Below are positions 59,351-64,000 of a DNA stretch of 64,000 bases, piece by piece. The notes below the pieces were generated by a model. It saw nothing but the letters and a program-made list of their open reading frames with translations. It was not told the DNA's origin and did no database searches. Position 1 is the first letter of the stretch. Each line of letters starts with the position of its first letter. The position numbers and the translations under genes are program-made. Origin of the DNA: an uncultured Actinomycetota bacterium (lineage in GTDB: Bacteria > Actinomycetota > Actinomycetes > Streptosporangiales > Streptosporangiaceae); contig CAWJUH010000003.1 in assembly GCA_963846005.1 (NCBI GenBank), forward strand, positions 803,992 to 867,991, in the 5' to 3' direction.

Positions 59351-60075
59351 GCTGCGTCACCGGCCGTCTTGCCTCGGCGGTCTCCGGCCGTCTCGCCCTG
59401 GCTGCATGGCCGGCCGTCCGCCCGGCCTGCATTTGCCCGGTCCGGACTGCGCCGGGCGGACGCGCCTGTGCGGACCGTCCGGGCCAGCAGCGGGCGCCGG
59501 GCCGGGACTAGCGCCCGGCCCCGGCCGGCTTATGCCGCGGCGCCGGGCGGGCGCACAATAAGAGAAGAGCGGCGGATCCGCGTCCGCCGGCCGGGCCGCG
59601 TGCCCGGGTGGTGCGCCCGGCGGGTGCATAACTCGCGGGAAATCTCCGCGTGCGGTCAGGCGCAACGGAAGGAGGAAGCTGATGTTGAACGATCTCAGTG
59701 CGCTCGCTCCTCCGTTCGTAGTATGCGCCGCTTTCCTCTTTGCCGTCGGCGCCTTCTTGCGCCATGAGATGGCAGCCAAGCGGCGCCGTGATGACCGCGA
59801 TGCGTCAGCCGATATTTCCGGTGACGACAGGATTCCTGATCGTGATGACCGAGATGCATCCGGCTGGCGAGAAGTGCCGGGAGCGGCCGGAGAGTTTGAC
59901 CGCGACCGGTCCTGAGGCTGATTACGCAGAGTTACTGAAAACTTCCGGATTGCGCAGTGCGGTGACGCCCGGAGTTTGCCAGGCAGAATCCGGGAATCGC
60001 GAATTGTCAGAAGCGTTGCCGTGGTATATGTTTAGGACGCTAAATGGACTCGCCCCAGTGAAAGGCCCGGCTCCC

Positions 60076-60414
60076 ATGGCTCAGCGGACTGTGGTGACGG
60101 TTGTGTGTGACCTTCCCCACGATGACGAGGTCGACGGCAAGGAGACAGTTTCGTTCTCCATTGACGGAACTGCCTTCGAGATCGACCTGTGCACGGCTCA
60201 CGCGAAGGAACTCCACGATAAGTTCGGCGAATATACCGATCACGCCCGCAAGGCGGGGTCGGTAGTGGGAGGACGCCGCCGCAAGGCCCGCACCGGGCCC
60301 GGCCGCGAGCGCAGCTCGGATATCCGGGTGTGGGCTCGCGAGCACGGCCACAAGGTCAGCGAGCGCGGCCGTATCCCGGCGTCGATCATCCGGGACTACG
60401 AAGCTGCTCACTGA
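60076..60414 (+). CDS. lsr2: Lsr2 nucleoid-associated protein
   Basis: N-terminal dimerization region; C-terminal RGR AT-hook-like motif (RVWAREHGHKVSERGRIPASIIRDYEAAH). Confidence 0.85.
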   Translation: MAQRTVVTVVCDLPHDDEVDGKETVSFSIDGTAFEIDLCTAHAKELHDKFGEYTDHARKAGSVVGGRRRKARTGPGRERSSDIRVWAREHGHKVSERGRIPASIIRDYEAAH

Positions 60415-60580
60415 GCCAGCCGGATTCGCCCGGCGAAGCTAGCGCCCGCCCGTCAGGGCGGCGGAGCGCAGCGGACCGGGCGAGCCGGACAGCCAGCCAG
60501 CAGCGGGGGGCGCTGAGCAAGACGGCGCGCCGCACGGACACCGTGCGGCGCGCCGTCTTTGCTGCCGCAGCACTGCGCTC

Positions 60581-60676
60581 GCGCTCATCCCCGGGGTCGC
60601 GTCCGCGCTCATCCCCGGGGTCGCGTCCGCGCTCATCCCCGGGGTCGCGTCCGCGCTCATCCCCGGGGTCGCGTTC
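60581..60676. repeat. 4 tandem copies of a 24-bp unit, each with a CCCCGGGG palindrome, between lsr2 and clpC
   Basis: gcgctcatccccggggtcgcgtcc x4 (last copy one mismatch). Confidence 0.85.
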
Positions 60677-60864
60677 GCTCCGGGCGTAGCCGGGAACACC
60701 CCGTGGTCATCCTTGGGTTGATGAGGGTGAACGCCCAGCGACGGGGGAACGTTTTACATGTGCGACATATCACGCACGCGGCGCCCGCCGGGGTACGGGC
60801 TACCATGCGGAAGGGACGGGGCGGCACCGAGCGCCTCCCAACCGCTCTGTGAGGGAGCGAACAG

Positions 60865-63405
<2,541 letters not shown>

Positions 63406-63412
63406 CGGCCGG

Positions 63413-64000
63413 TCAGTCGCCGGGCAGGCAGTAACCACCGCCGGCGGCCGTGATCACCAGGCCGTCGGCGAGAAGGGCAGCAAGCGCGCGCGCTTGCTGC
63501 CCTTCGTCATGCCAGGCCGCCCGCAGGGCGGCGGCCGGGACCGGGGCGGCGGCGGCGCGCAGCGCGGCCATGAGGGTGCCGCGGCACTGCCGGTCGCTGC
63601 CGTCGTAGCGGGGCTGGCGGCGCGGCGGCGGCCCGGCCGGGCGGCCCGCGGCAGCCCACTGGCACAGTCCGGCCACCGGGCAGCGGTCGCACGCGGGCCG
63701 GGCCGCGGTGCAGACCAGCGCGCCGAGTTCCATCACCGCCACCGACCAGCGGGCCGCCCGCGGGCCGCCCGGCGGCAGCACCGCCTCGGCCAGCCGGACC
63801 TCGGCCGCGGAGGCGGCCGCCGCCGGGTACTGGCGGCCCTGCGCCAGCCGGGCCAGCACCCGGCGCACGTTGGTGTCCAGTACCGCGTGCCGCTGCCCGA
63901 ACGCGAAGCTGGCTACCGCCGCCGCCGTGTAGGCGCCCACGCCCGGCAGGCCGCGCAGCTCGGCCAGGCCCGCGGGCACGGTCCCGCCGTGCCGTTCCAC
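63413..64000 (-). CDS. mutY: A/G-specific adenine glycosylase (MutY), C-terminal part; gene continues beyond the window
   Basis: HhH-GPD motif LPGVGAYTAAAVASFAFG; 4Fe-4S cluster CTAARPACDRCPVAGLC. Confidence 0.7.
   Translation of the reverse strand: MERHGGTVPAGLAELRGLPGVGAYTAAAVASFAFGQRHAVLDTNVRRVLARLAQGRQYPAAAASAAEVRLAEAVLPPGGPRAARWSVAVMELGALVCTAARPACDRCPVAGLCQWAAAGRPAGPPPRRQPRYDGSDRQCRGTLMAALRAAAAPVPAAALRAAWHDEGQQARALAALLADGLVITAAGGGYCLPGD

Noticed and set aside
59008-59511. ORF running through the 27-bp tandem array (RLVSPAVRP repeats) with high GC3
   Set aside because: High GC3 is expected in any frame of this repeat. The flanking translation is Arg-rich and non-protein-like. There is no RBS, so it is treated as a non-coding repeat.
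59138-60676. Possibility that the 27-bp and 24-bp tandem arrays are CRISPR arrays
   Set aside because: Units are contiguous with no unique spacers, and no cas genes are nearby.

Overview
This 64-kb window is high-GC actinobacterial chromosome, and its backbone gene order resembles the mycobacterial/Corynebacteriales core. The backbone genes are: class A PBP, whiB, two ArsA-like ATPases, an SPFH protein, DUF4177, ridA, a NUDIX hydrolase, an MBL-fold hydrolase, crp, ppa, dacB, tilS, hpt, ftsH, folE, folP, folB, folK, panC, coaX, lysS, lsr2, clpC and mutY. A roughly 16.9-kb integrative element sits at a tRNA-Pro(CGG) gene, spanning about 7486..24368. It is bounded by a 44-bp direct repeat that copies the 3' part of the tRNA. 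It carries the gene set of a pSAM2-type AICE (actinomycete integrative and conjugative element): tyrosine integrase, excisionase, a RepSA-like HUH rolling-circle initiator, an FtsK/SpoIIIE-type Tra ATPase, a DUF932 protein, and small Cys-rich proteins. Its cargo includes two visibly low-GC islands. One encodes a lipoprotein and a secreted S1 serine protease. The other encodes two uncharacterized proteins. The cargo also has a Pol-beta-type nucleotidyltransferase, a P-loop kinase, and a divergent HTH-like regulator/HExxH-peptidase pair. Three copies of a conserved intergenic hairpin, box and RBS module precede consecutive genes of the transfer operon. Immediately outside the left att repeat lies a translationally coupled tandem pair of tyrosine recombinases (Tn554/RIT-like), next to a LuxR(LAL)/VOC/PPOX/methyltransferase cluster. 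Other notable signals are several apparent frameshifts (a VOC gene, ridA, an MBL hydrolase, possibly a recombinase) and unusual tandem-repeat arrays. The arrays are 27-bp, 24-bp and 20-bp units around lsr2/clpC and elsewhere. There is also a 56-bp palindrome upstream of a PHP-UvrD helicase gene, and a candidate c-di-AMP (ydaO-type) riboswitch upstream of an NlpC/P60 gene.
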